Assembly (NCBI GenBank): GCA_046075565.1
Contig: JBJTQJ010000122.1
Span: 1-31,658 of the forward strand
DNA: 31,658 bases
From: Verrucomicrobiales bacterium
GTDB lineage: Bacteria > Verrucomicrobiota > Verrucomicrobiia > Verrucomicrobiales > SLCJ01
Reading direction: 5' to 3'
Shown piece by piece: positions 8,941 to 18,528 of the stretch. The notes beneath the pieces were generated by a model. That model worked only from the letters and a program-made list of their open reading frames with translations, searched no databases and was not told the DNA's origin. A program made the position numbers and the translations under genes. Within the stretch, counting starts at the first letter, position 1; each line of letters begins with the position of its first letter.

Positions 8941-11900
8941 TCAAGGAGTTCGGGCGACGCGGAAAAATCGACGGCCACCCGGGATGATGGCTTGCTCGAA
9001 GGTCAGAGTGCTTCCCGTCGCCACGACAGGAGTTCCGATATTGGTGTAGGGGGGGACACTGAGATCGTTCACGTACTGGAGCTGGTAGGAGAAACCCGGC
9101 TTGGTGGAAACGGTGATTGTCACCATCCCGCTCGTCACGCTCGGGGCGATGGTAGCGCTGGGTTTTGCAAGAGCTGCGCCGTTCACCGTGCCGGGGCTTG
9201 GGCTGGCAAGGTAGTCAATCGTGCTGCCACCATCGGGCACTCGACCACGGCTGATGTTCTTCACCTGCGTGCCAAAAGTCACGGCATCAATAACGGTATT
9301 GTCGGGCGCTCGAAGCGTGATGCTATCTCCCGAAGCGCTGAGCTTATAATTTACGTGAAGTTGTCCGGAGCCGGTGTTTTGTGCCGGTTCATCGTCAGCC
9401 CAAACAAGGAGACGTCCGTTGGCGGGAATGCTGTAGCCGCTCGGAATGAGGAAAGTTGCACCGTTATCGCTGAGGCTCCAGCCGCTGAGGCTGACGGAGC
9501 TGGCCGTGGGATTGTACAGTTCAAACCAGTCTTCGCTGTCGCCATCCGCCGGGTCGAGGTTGACGCCCGCGTTGTCTGCGAGCCATTCGTTGATGCGAAG
9601 CGCGGCCCAGGCATTCGCTCCGGAGAATGTGACGGTGAGCGTAGTGGTGCCGACCTGTGCGCCTGCCGAGTTGAAGGCCGAAATAACGAGCGGGTTCGTG
9701 CCGCCGACGACGGGCACGCTCGCGCTCCAGGAAGTCACGCTCGTCCAAGTCAGCGGAAGTTCGAGCCCGTTGAAGGTGATTGTTTTCACGCTCACGGGCG
9801 CAGTTCCCGTGATGGTGATGGGACTGGTAGTCGTGCTGCGCGTAGTCGAGCCGCTGACGCTGAAAGTCGAGGCGACGGTATCGAGCTGGCTTTGCACATA
9901 AGCCACGCGCAAATTGATCCACTCGGGAATGCCGCCCGTGATTGCAGGCAAGCCACCTCTGGAAACGGAGTAGTAGTCGCTGGCCACAAATGGCGAGACG
10001 ACAGGGATCGAAAGACCTCCTCCGTTGTTAAGGTATCCATTGTATCGCTGGGTAAGACGAGTGGTAACGGCGGAACCGCTGAAAAATGTATTCAGCGAAT
10101 CGTGGAGCGCACGCCAGTAGGGGCGCACTAACGCAGGGGTATCGAACATCTTCTGCACCGGCGGATCAATCCCCGAGGCAAAAAGCGGCTCATTGGAGGG
10201 ATGATGCACCGAATTGTCCTGCCCGATGCCGATATCCAAATCGTTGCTGAGGACCTTCCAGCCACTGAGTGTGGGTTTGTATAAATAAGCGTTCTTGTCG
10301 TTCGGATTGCCAAAGGTATCCCAATACGCGCACAAGTCTGCGAACGCGAAATTACCCATCCAGTGATCCACATCGACGACTGAATTGACAGCGTTGATGT
10401 AGGCATCGCCGCTGCCTGCGACGTTTGTCGCCGTTACGAGGTTAAAGATATCCGTGAAGTCATTCTCGCTTCCTTTCGAAGAACGCGGCATCCAGCACCA
10501 GCGGTAGCGGGCGGTTTTGTAAACTCCGCCCGTGGTCGTGAAGGGTAGTAGCGAGTTGAAATCACCTACCAGCACCCCATTTGTATTGCTATACTCGTCC
10601 CAACGACTGGTTTTAATCAGGCGTCCATTATTGTCGTCCGGAAAATTGGAATCGACGTGCTCTCCCCCCGGCTGATGGCAATCGTGGTAGATGTGGACGG
10701 TGCCGGAAAAGCGCCGAGAACCGTTGACCATAAGATGCACATCCCGCCTGTGGTGCGTGGGTAGTTTCATCTGCTCCAGCATCCAGTGCATGAGTTGCTC
10801 GCGCTGGTTGGTGGTGTCGCGAATAGGGTAATCGAGCGTCACCTCATCCTCACCCAACAAAGGTTCACCCGCGGGCAGCGTAATCGAGTAGCCGAAAAAC
10901 GTGTTCGGTGTAGTGGGATTATTACTACCGCTATCGCTAAACTGTGCATTGTGGGCTGCTGTATTGTAGAAAACGCGGCTGGTATTGTGCAGAAAGGTAA
11001 TGGGGAAGTCCTCGTTCGTCTTGGCAAGCCGGTTCGTCCAGGCAGTCAAAGTGGAGCTGGTGATCCACATCGAATACGCGCCGAACGCACCGGTCGGCAG
11101 TGTGTCACCGACCCGCACGAGACATTCGCCTGTCGGCGGGAAAACCGCGCTCGCGGCGGCGGAATCGGTCGCGGTGACTGTGAAGCCGACTAGCGTGCCC
11201 GATGTCTGGCCGGGGATGGTTCCGGTGTAGATGCCATCGCCTGCAAGCAGATCGCCGCTCGCGCCATTGTCGAGCATCGTCAGAGTGGCCAGCGTTGAAG
11301 ACGGGTCGAGGCGGTATTTTAGTTGCACACTGGAAAGCCCGTCCGGGTCTTGCACCCGTGCGAAGACCTTGAACGACACGCTGGCTGCTGGCAGGACGGG
11401 GCCGTGAATAACATCCGTGATCGCAGGCGGAGCATTTGCCACAGCCCGGCTGTTCAAGGCGCCGGGGGTGCCGAGATTCGTCGGAACGGTGAGCGCACCG
11501 TATGCCTCCAGCCCGCCGCCACGAAGTCGGAGCAGAAAATCCGATGAGCCGCGTTGCCAGCGCGCGCGGGCGCGGATGGTTGCGGTGGAGCCGTTGGAGA
11601 TGGTCGCCGTAAGCGTAGAGCGCACTCGATTGGGCAGTGTATCTCCACGTCCTGTGGTGGTCATGCGAAGCGATTGCGTTCCGGCAAAGCCGCTATTTTC
11701 AATAACGGATGTGTTGTGATTTCCCTGCGCCAGCCAACTCCCGATACCGCTCTCAAAACCACCATTGGTTACGATATTGGAGCCGCCCGATGGGATGGCT
11801 TCAATTTCATCCACAAGCGCCTGACCGGCCTTCAGGAGACAGGCGTCAATCCGATTCGCGATGGCGTTCGTATTGAGATTCGTGTGGTCCAGCACGCCGG

Positions 11901-13395
11901 TGACTTCCACCAATGTCCAGGGAGCCTTGGCCGTCTCATTGCTATCAAGCCAGAGCGGTGTGGAAATATCGCGGGCATCCGCCAGTTCCAAGCTGCTGCC
12001 GCCGCCATCGGCCCACTTCGACCAGCGCGATTTATCGAGATAGGCTATTTCGTCCACTGCCGCGTAATGAGTCAGCGGGCCATTGACCGTAGAAATGGTC
12101 ACGGGGCTTCCCAACACCAGTTCCTCGCCGCCATTGGCCAGATTTCCCGTGAAGGGCCCGACGACAAGCGAGGGCGAAAGCGCCGGGTGATTCGCAAGAA
12201 TCCGCGCGGTGTTTTTTGCCACCACCAGATAGCCATTGGCAGCGATGATCGTGCCGGCGGGAAAATCGAAGCTCACTCCGTCGCTCAATCTCCACCCTGC
12301 CAGGCTGACGGGCGAAGCGGTGAGATTGCGCAGCTCCAGCCACTCATCTTCGGAGTCGTTCGAAATCGGGTTGAAATAGATTTCATTGATCACCACCGGC
12401 CCACGTGCCGGACTACTATTTGCAGCACCCGAAGTGGCGGAAGTGAGGCGACGGAAACCGCCCTCGCCATCGGGGAAACGTCCATAGCCCGTATCAGCGA
12501 GCTGGCCGCGATAGCGCACGGTATCGATCACTGCGATTCGGGCCGGATTCGTGAGATACAGCGTCTCTCCTTCAGCGCTGAGAGCGAAGCCGAGTTGCGT
12601 CTGGCTGAAGCTAATGCGGCCTCGTGCGGGAAGGATGGTGCTGGCGGGGATTTGGAATTTATTCAGCAGGTCTTCGTCATCGGAAATCCAGCATCCGCTG
12701 ATGTCCACCGAGGACGGGCTGCTATTGAAGAGTTCGATGAAGTCGGTCCCAACCGTGGAGTGCGCCAGAATTTCGTTGATTCTGATATAGTGCAGCGAAG
12801 TCGCGGGCACCGGATTCGCCGAGCCGGGAGTTCCACCGATGAGGCTGCTGGCCTGCCAGGCGCGGGGATCACCTTCACCATAGCTGGGTCGTTCAAGGAC
12901 AAGGGAATGGCCGGCTCCATCGGCGGCAGCAGGCCAGTCGGGGCCATCGTTCCAATTGGCCTCAAGCACGATGGCGTCATTCGCACGGCGCAGTTTCAGC
13001 GTGCCGCCCTCATTGGAAAGTGCGCCGGTGAACGGTCCGAGAACACCCGTGATTCCATAGACCGTCTGGACGTCGGAAGGCACGGCCGCGACGACAAGAA
13101 AGCCCTGTGCGGGAATGGTCGTCCCGTTGGGGAAAGCATAATCCACATCGTCCGAGATTCTCCAGCCCGTGAGATCTTCCGGCCACGGATTCGTATTGTA
13201 TAGCTCGATGAACTCGAGATTTCGCCCGTCCACCCGCGTCGCCGGATGATACATGATTTCTGAAAAAATGAGCGGCGATCTCTTGCTCGAAACAGCCAGC
13301 GGCTCAGCGACGCGCTGACGGTGATTGGGATGCTGGGCAATTGCCTGAAACGCAAACGCGAAAAACAGGGCGGCGATAAAGTGTCTCGAGAGCAT
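8941..13395 (-). CDS. Large secreted multi lamin-tail-domain protein with CotH-kinase-like domain
   Basis: Repeated LTD starts (IFSEIMYHP..EFIELYN, INEILAH..DFIELFN, INEIYFNP..EWLELRN, INEWLADN..DWFELYN); NGGFESG CBM-like module; LDNGASGD..AGDGIY; CotH-like WD..KNAYLY..W..NDLD. Confidence 0.8.
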   Translation of the reverse strand: MLSRHFIAALFFAFAFQAIAQHPNHRQRVAEPLAVSSKRSPLIFSEIMYHPATRVDGRNLEFIELYNTNPWPEDLTGWRISDDVDYAFPNGTTIPAQGFLVVAAVPSDVQTVYGITGVLGPFTGALSNEGGTLKLRRANDAIVLEANWNDGPDWPAAADGAGHSLVLERPSYGEGDPRAWQASSLIGGTPGSANPVPATSLHYIRINEILAHSTVGTDFIELFNSSPSSVDISGCWISDDEDLLNKFQIPASTILPARGRISFSQTQLGFALSAEGETLYLTNPARIAVIDTVRYRGQLADTGYGRFPDGEGGFRRLTSATSGAANSSPARGPVVINEIYFNPISNDSEDEWLELRNLTASPVSLAGWRLSDGVSFDFPAGTIIAANGYLVVAKNTARILANHPALSPSLVVGPFTGNLANGGEELVLGSPVTISTVNGPLTHYAAVDEIAYLDKSRWSKWADGGGSSLELADARDISTPLWLDSNETAKAPWTLVEVTGVLDHTNLNTNAIANRIDACLLKAGQALVDEIEAIPSGGSNIVTNGGFESGIGSWLAQGNHNTSVIENSGFAGTQSLRMTTTGRGDTLPNRVRSTLTATISNGSTATIRARARWQRGSSDFLLRLRGGGLEAYGALTVPTNLGTPGALNSRAVANAPPAITDVIHGPVLPAASVSFKVFARVQDPDGLSSVQLKYRLDPSSTLATLTMLDNGASGDLLAGDGIYTGTIPGQTSGTLVGFTVTATDSAAASAVFPPTGECLVRVGDTLPTGAFGAYSMWITSSTLTAWTNRLAKTNEDFPITFLHNTSRVFYNTAAHNAQFSDSGSNNPTTPNTFFGYSITLPAGEPLLGEDEVTLDYPIRDTTNQREQLMHWMLEQMKLPTHHRRDVHLMVNGSRRFSGTVHIYHDCHQPGGEHVDSNFPDDNNGRLIKTSRWDEYSNTNGVLVGDFNSLLPFTTTGGVYKTARYRWCWMPRSSKGSENDFTDIFNLVTATNVAGSGDAYINAVNSVVDVDHWMGNFAFADLCAYWDTFGNPNDKNAYLYKPTLSGWKVLSNDLDIGIGQDNSVHHPSNEPLFASGIDPPVQKMFDTPALVRPYWRALHDSLNTFFSGSAVTTRLTQRYNGYLNNGGGLSIPVVSPFVASDYYSVSRGGLPAITGGIPEWINLRVAYVQSQLDTVASTFSVSGSTTRSTTTSPITITGTAPVSVKTITFNGLELPLTWTSVTSWSASVPVVGGTNPLVISAFNSAGAQVGTTTLTVTFSGANAWAALRINEWLADNAGVNLDPADGDSEDWFELYNPTASSVSLSGWSLSDNGATFLIPSGYSIPANGRLLVWADDEPAQNTGSGQLHVNYKLSASGDSITLRAPDNTVIDAVTFGTQVKNISRGRVPDGGSTIDYLASPSPGTVNGAALAKPSATIAPSVTSGMVTITVSTKPGFSYQLQYVNDLSVPPYTNIGTPVVATGSTLTFEQAIIPGGRRFFRVARTP

Positions 13396-13428
13396 GTGCA
13401 GACGGTTTTATTGCGAGCCCCCTGGATT

Positions 13429-13457
13429 AAGCTAGCCCCCCCAAACGGGCATCGCAA
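13429..13457 (-). promoter_or_regulatory. Candidate sigma70 promoter for the LTD/CotH gene
   Basis: Minus strand TTGCGA-17 nt-TAGCTT, 33 nt upstream of the ATG. Confidence 0.4.
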
Positions 13458-13696
13458 GGGAAAACAGGCGAGCGGGGAACGACCCAACGCAGGGGGCACT
13501 TTCAATCTCGCTTGGCGATGCGGCGGGCCTGAGAAGCCAGCCAAACGATTTCCCGCTGAAATCGGAACGGACCGAGAGGGCGATTCCCGGTTCTGTTGAC
13601 GGGTTCATCGCTTTAGGGCCTGCTTCAAGCGATGTGTGAAAATCTTGCGGGTCAGCTATCGCACCGCCGAGCCGAAGCGCGATGGAGGTCGCCAGA

Positions 13697-14695
13697 TCAC
13701 CGCACGGACGCCGTCATGTATTCCTTCAAAATCCGCACGTAGAGTCGGTATTCCTCGAGCGAGACCCCGGGTGGTGTCTGGTGATCCACACTCGGAATGA
13801 ACCCGCCGGATTTCATCAGCGGCACGAGCCGTTCAAACTCCTCACGGATGGCAGCCTCGCCTTTGTGCATCACGAGTTTGTTGTAATGCCCGACCATTTT
13901 CAGATCCGGGTAAAGCTGGCGCAGGTGCAGGCCGTCCACTCCGGCCTGGCGTTCCAGCGGCAGAACACCGTCCACGCCCACCGCTTGCAGCCACGGCACG
14001 AGCATCGTCACATCGCCGTCGGTGTCCACGATGGTGAGCATGTTCAACTCTCTGGCGCGGGCGAGCAGTTTGCGGTAATACGGCGCGAGAAATTCCTCGA
14101 AGGTCTTTTGGGAAATCATCGGCCCGTTGTTGTAGGACATATCTTCGGCAATCGTCATGAAAGTCGGCACGCAGGACTCGGAAATCTGGTCCAGCAAGCG
14201 CAGGTTGAAATCAAGCAGGTCCTGATTGATGCGATGCACTAGTTCCGGCTCGTCGTAATAGGCGTAGCTCAACCCTTCGAAATCCATCAGCGTGCGCGGA
14301 AACCAGAAAAACCCCTCCAACGTCACCCATACCACGGCTTCGCCGCGCGCCTGCCGGGCCGCCCAGGGCTGCATCCCGGCAATAGACGCGGAGTGATCAG
14401 GAAAGAGGCGGGGCAGGATTTCCAGATAGCCGTCCATGCTGCCCACCATTCCTTCGGTATGGTGTTGCGTGGCCGCAATGGTCGCTTGGGTTGTGCTGAA
14501 CCAGAATTGCTGATAGGGATCGAGGGCGAAATACTGCGCGATCTCGAAGACCTGGCTGTGCTTGAGTTCGCGCGGCAGGCCTTCGTTGTGCCAGCGCGCG
14601 ATGGACTTGTCCCACCACATCGCCCACTCCCAAACCGGCAGGCGGTCCACCGGCTGGAAGTTCATCACCGCCCGGAAACGTTCCACATGGTTCAT
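13697..14695 (-). CDS. Uroporphyrinogen decarboxylase (URO-D/MtbA)-superfamily protein, probably not HemE
   Basis: ERFRAVM.FQPVDRLP, IAEDM..NGPMIS..FEEF..PYY, DTDGD and GGFIPSVDH motifs; AGGAG SD upstream. Confidence 0.85.
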   Translation of the reverse strand: MNHVERFRAVMNFQPVDRLPVWEWAMWWDKSIARWHNEGLPRELKHSQVFEIAQYFALDPYQQFWFSTTQATIAATQHHTEGMVGSMDGYLEILPRLFPDHSASIAGMQPWAARQARGEAVVWVTLEGFFWFPRTLMDFEGLSYAYYDEPELVHRINQDLLDFNLRLLDQISESCVPTFMTIAEDMSYNNGPMISQKTFEEFLAPYYRKLLARARELNMLTIVDTDGDVTMLVPWLQAVGVDGVLPLERQAGVDGLHLRQLYPDLKMVGHYNKLVMHKGEAAIREEFERLVPLMKSGGFIPSVDHQTPPGVSLEEYRLYVRILKEYMTASVR

Positions 14696-14770
14696 GATAA
14701 TTTCTCCTATCGTTATTTCAGCCTGTGATTGTTAGGATTTTGCTTTTGGCGCGCAGCCACTGAAACATCC

Positions 14771-14846
14771 CTCCGCTGCGCTTCGCCTGCCCAAACCGGA
14801 CCCGCTTGACTGGTGTAGCCTTCGCGGAGACCGGAGGGCGGTGAAA
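14771..14846. repeat. Dispersed structured intergenic element, copy B
   Basis: 61/76 identity to 7183-7258 in the same orientation; terminal stem ctccgc/gcggag. Confidence 0.8.
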
Positions 14847-15120
14847 TGGGGTTCAGGGGGCTTCGTTCCGCGAATCCCGCTCGAGAGGCGGCGAATTCGG
14901 TGTTTGGCGTGACCAATGGGAGCGGTTCCTTCTCGAAAATCCGCAGAACAACGCCTGTTTTCAGCGCAATCCCAGGTTGCATGACGCTTGTCATTCCATC
15001 GCAGCATAGCTTTGCCCTTCCGCGTGGCCAAGAACATTTTTGGCAGCGGTTGATGGAAAGTGTTTGCCTAGGCGAAGGCGCCGGCCCCCGGATTCTCCCG
15101 GCAAGAACCGCCCTCGGGCT

Positions 15121-15148
15121 TTGACGCGGGGCTCTTGCGGGCTATGGT
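15121..15148 (+). promoter_or_regulatory. Candidate sigma70 promoter for ileS-lspA
   Basis: TTGACG-16 nt-TATGGT, 45 nt upstream of the ileS ATG. Confidence 0.5.
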
Positions 15149-15193
15149 GCGGGTTGCCGAGAGGCCACACCTCCCGCCACGACATTTTCCCCC

Positions 15194-17917
15194 ATGAGCA
15201 ACTACAAGGACACCGTCCTCCTGCCCCAGACCAGCTTTCCCATGAAGGCGGGTCTCACCGAGAATGAACCCGCCCGACTCGCCCGCTGGGAGGCGGAGGG
15301 TCTTTATGGTCAGATCACCAGCCGCCGCAAGGACGCCGGGGCCCCGAAATTCATCCTGCACGACGGCCCTCCCTTCGCCAATGGCGACGTGCACATGGGA
15401 ACGGCCCTGAACAAGATCCTCAAGGACCTGATCGTCAAATCCCGGACCATGGCGGGTTTCTATTCGCCCTTCGTGCCGGGTTGGGATTGCCATGGCCTGC
15501 CCATCGAATTCCGCGTCGTCAAGGAAAGCGCCGGCCTGGACCCGGTGGAAATCCGCGAGCGTTCGGAGGCTTATGCGCGCAAGTTCATCGATATCCAGCG
15601 CGGTTCGTTCCGCCGCCTCGGGGTTTTCGGCGACTGGCAGAATCCCTATCTGACCCTCGATCAAAACTACGAGGCGGAAATCGTGCGCGTCTTCGGCCGT
15701 TTGATCGAAGAAAACCTCGTTTACCAGAGCAAACGTCCGGTGCTCTGGTCGTATGGCGCGGGCACGGCACTCGCCGAAGCGGAGGTCGAATACAAGGAAA
15801 AGACGTCGCCGGCCGTGCATGTCGCGTTCAAGGCGGTCAGCGGTCCGCTCGCCGAGCGGGGCGGCTCGTTTGTCATCTGGACGACCACCCCTTGGACGCT
15901 GCCCGCCAACCTCGGCATCGCGTTGAATCCCGCGCTCCCCTATCTCGTGGGCGAATATGCGCATGAAGACGGGCGCCGCGTCGTGCTGGCGATTGCCGAG
16001 CCCTTGTTAGGAGAATTTTCCGCCAAAACCGGATTCGCGCCCGCCGACGCGGAGAAAATGGAAAGGCTGTCCGGTTCCGTGCTCGCGGAAGGGGAAGCCC
16101 AACACCCATTCCTGAATCGGACATCGAAATTGATCACCGGCGACTTCGTCACCTCCGACACCGGCACCGGCGCGGTGCATATCGCGCCCGGTCACGGGAT
16201 GGAGGACTATATCGCAGGCCAGGCCAACAAACTTGGACTGATCTCTCCGGTGGATGACGCGGGATGTATGACCGCCGAATGTGGTGTGCCCGCGTTGGTC
16301 GGGCTGCATGTGTTCAAGGCAAACGATGCCATCATCGCCATGCTCGCGGAATCCGGGGCCTTGCTCGGTTCGGAAAAACACGTGCACAGTTATCCACACT
16401 GCTGGCGTTCGAAGACCCCGGTCATTTTCCGCGCGTTGGAACAATTTTTCATCCGCATCGATGGGATCCGCGGGATGGCGCTCGACGAAATCAAAAAGAC
16501 GGAATGGGTCCCGGCGTGGGGCGAAAACCGCATCAGCGGCACGGTAGAATCGCGTCCTGACTGGTGTATCTCGCGCCAACGCACCTGGGGCGTGCCCTTG
16601 CCGGTCTTTTTCAACCCGGATGGCTCAGTTCTACTGGATGCCTCACTCGCGCGCAGGGTGGCGGATGTGATCGCGGAACTGGGCAGCAACGCGTGGTTCG
16701 CGCGCGACGACGCCTGGTGGGCGGAAAAACTCGGCTTGCCGACGGGCACGCGCAAGGGCAAGGACACCCTTGATGTCTGGATCGATTCCGGATGCAGCTC
16801 GATGGCCGTGCTCGACACCCATCCCGAATTGCGCCGACCGGCGGATGTCTATATCGAAGCGACTGATCAGCACCGGGGATGGTTCCAGAGTTCGCTCATG
16901 CTTTCGGTGGCCGCGACCGGAGCCGCGCCCTACCGGAAAGTCATCACCCACGGCTTCGTGGTGGACAACTCGACGGGAGAGAAGATTTCCAAATCCGGCG
17001 ACAAACCGATCAATGCCGAATACTACTACAATAAGTATGGAGCGGATATCGTGCGGCTCTGGGTGGCCTCGGTGGACTACCGCAACGAAGTGCCCTTCTC
17101 GGACGAGTTGTTCGCGCAGGTCGTGGAATCATACCGTCGTCTCCGCAACACGTTGCGGATTCTGCTCGCCAACCTTCACGGCTTCGACGCGGCCCAACAT
17201 TCGACCGAACCGACCTGCCTGGCCGACCGCTGGATCCTCGAACGTTTGCACGCGCTGGTGACGGAATGCCGCGAGGCCTACGATGTCTTCGAATTCCGCC
17301 GCGTCTTCAATGCCATCAACCAGTTCTGCACCCATGATCTCTCCGCGCTTTACGTGGACATGACGAAGGACCGGCTCTACTGCGACGCGGCCGACAGCCC
17401 GCGCCGCCGCTCCGCCCAGACGGCCATGTATCGGATCTTCGACGCGCTTTGCCGGTTGCTCGCGCCCGTGCTCGCATTTACAGCCGATGAGGCCTGGGAG
17501 CACGCCGGGCAAAAGGAAAGCGTGCATTTGCAGGATTTCCCGACCGCCGATCCGGCCCACGCCCACCCGGTGGCCACTCCAATTATGGATCGCCTGCTTG
17601 CCCAGCGGGAAGAACTGGCCAAGGAACTCGAAAAAGCGCGCACGGCCAAGACGATTGGCAAATCGCTCGAAGCCGAGGTCGTTGCCACATTGCCCGCCGA
17701 TCTTACCGATGGTTCGCTCGTCGGAATCGAGGAACTGGCGGAAATCTTCATGCTCAGCTGCATCGAAACGAAACCCACCGCCGATGGTGAGGCCGCGGTT
17801 TTCCAAGTGTCCCGCTCGACGGCCCCGCGTTGCGGGCGTTGCTGGCGTCATCTTCCGGAAGTCGGCAGCATCGCGTCCCATCCCGATCTCTGCCCGCGTT
17901 GCGCGAGCGCCCTCTGA
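15194..17917 (+). CDS. ileS: Isoleucine--tRNA ligase (type 1)
   Basis: LHDGPPFANG..HMGT, PGWDCHGLPIE, WTTTPWTLPAN, DWCISRQR, KISKS and a C-terminal CxxC..CxxC zinc finger; followed by lspA. Confidence 0.97.
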   Translation: MSNYKDTVLLPQTSFPMKAGLTENEPARLARWEAEGLYGQITSRRKDAGAPKFILHDGPPFANGDVHMGTALNKILKDLIVKSRTMAGFYSPFVPGWDCHGLPIEFRVVKESAGLDPVEIRERSEAYARKFIDIQRGSFRRLGVFGDWQNPYLTLDQNYEAEIVRVFGRLIEENLVYQSKRPVLWSYGAGTALAEAEVEYKEKTSPAVHVAFKAVSGPLAERGGSFVIWTTTPWTLPANLGIALNPALPYLVGEYAHEDGRRVVLAIAEPLLGEFSAKTGFAPADAEKMERLSGSVLAEGEAQHPFLNRTSKLITGDFVTSDTGTGAVHIAPGHGMEDYIAGQANKLGLISPVDDAGCMTAECGVPALVGLHVFKANDAIIAMLAESGALLGSEKHVHSYPHCWRSKTPVIFRALEQFFIRIDGIRGMALDEIKKTEWVPAWGENRISGTVESRPDWCISRQRTWGVPLPVFFNPDGSVLLDASLARRVADVIAELGSNAWFARDDAWWAEKLGLPTGTRKGKDTLDVWIDSGCSSMAVLDTHPELRRPADVYIEATDQHRGWFQSSLMLSVAATGAAPYRKVITHGFVVDNSTGEKISKSGDKPINAEYYYNKYGADIVRLWVASVDYRNEVPFSDELFAQVVESYRRLRNTLRILLANLHGFDAAQHSTEPTCLADRWILERLHALVTECREAYDVFEFRRVFNAINQFCTHDLSALYVDMTKDRLYCDAADSPRRRSAQTAMYRIFDALCRLLAPVLAFTADEAWEHAGQKESVHLQDFPTADPAHAHPVATPIMDRLLAQREELAKELEKARTAKTIGKSLEAEVVATLPADLTDGSLVGIEELAEIFMLSCIETKPTADGEAAVFQVSRSTAPRCGRCWRHLPEVGSIASHPDLCPRCASAL

Positions 17918-17926
17918 TCCACCGCC

Positions 17927-18463
17927 ATGACCTCCACCATGCGATTGCTCCTGCTCGTCACGTTGCCGCTCTACGTGATCGATCAGATCTCGAAATGGTG
18001 GATTCTCGACCGCTTCCCTCCCCCGCCGCCGCACGACGGGTTCTGGGTGATCGAAGGATGGTTCGAGATTACGCGGGTGCACAACATGGGGGTGGCCTTT
18101 GGGATGGGGAATGGTCAGCCATGGGCCAACTATCTCTTCGGGGCGATCGCGGCCTCGGCCTTCGTCGCGATCTTCCTGATGTGGAAACGCGGCTTCTTTC
18201 CCGGAAAACTCGGCAACACCGCCGCCGTGTTGCTGCTGGCGGGCATACCGGGAAATCTAACGGATCGTTTGCTCCACGGCTACGTGGTGGATTTCGTGCA
18301 TGTCCGCCTTCCGCTCTACGACAAGATTGTTCCTTCGAGCGGCGGGTGGTGGCCGGCTTTCAATGTCGCCGACGCCTGCATCTGCGTGGCCGCGAGTTTT
18401 CTGCTCATCCTCTCTTTTCTGCCCGAAAAAAAAGCCTCCCACCCCGAAACGGAAAAGGTTTGA
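17927..18463 (+). CDS. lspA: Signal peptidase II
   Basis: DQISK, N.GVAFG, GNLTDR, VVDF and FNVAD motifs; canonical ileS-lspA order. Confidence 0.95.
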   Translation: MTSTMRLLLLVTLPLYVIDQISKWWILDRFPPPPPHDGFWVIEGWFEITRVHNMGVAFGMGNGQPWANYLFGAIAASAFVAIFLMWKRGFFPGKLGNTAAVLLLAGIPGNLTDRLLHGYVVDFVHVRLPLYDKIVPSSGGWWPAFNVADACICVAASFLLILSFLPEKKASHPETEKV

Positions 18464-18528
18464 GGTCCGGTTTCCCCTCCTAAAGAGGAGGAAGCTTGGT
18501 CATCCCGAATCCAACCGGCGGACCTCCA

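Noticed and set aside
8761-13203. Long plus-strand ORFs 8761..10131 (456 aa) and 11554..13203 (549 aa)
   Set aside because: Antisense shadows of the LTD/CotH gene with no recognisable motifs.
14850-15193. T-box or other leader upstream of ileS
   Set aside because: No T-box consensus or terminator, and a promoter candidate sits only 45 nt upstream of the ATG.
15068-18082. Minus-strand ORFs 15068..15964 and 17129..18082
   Set aside because: Antisense shadows of ileS, expected in GC-rich DNA.
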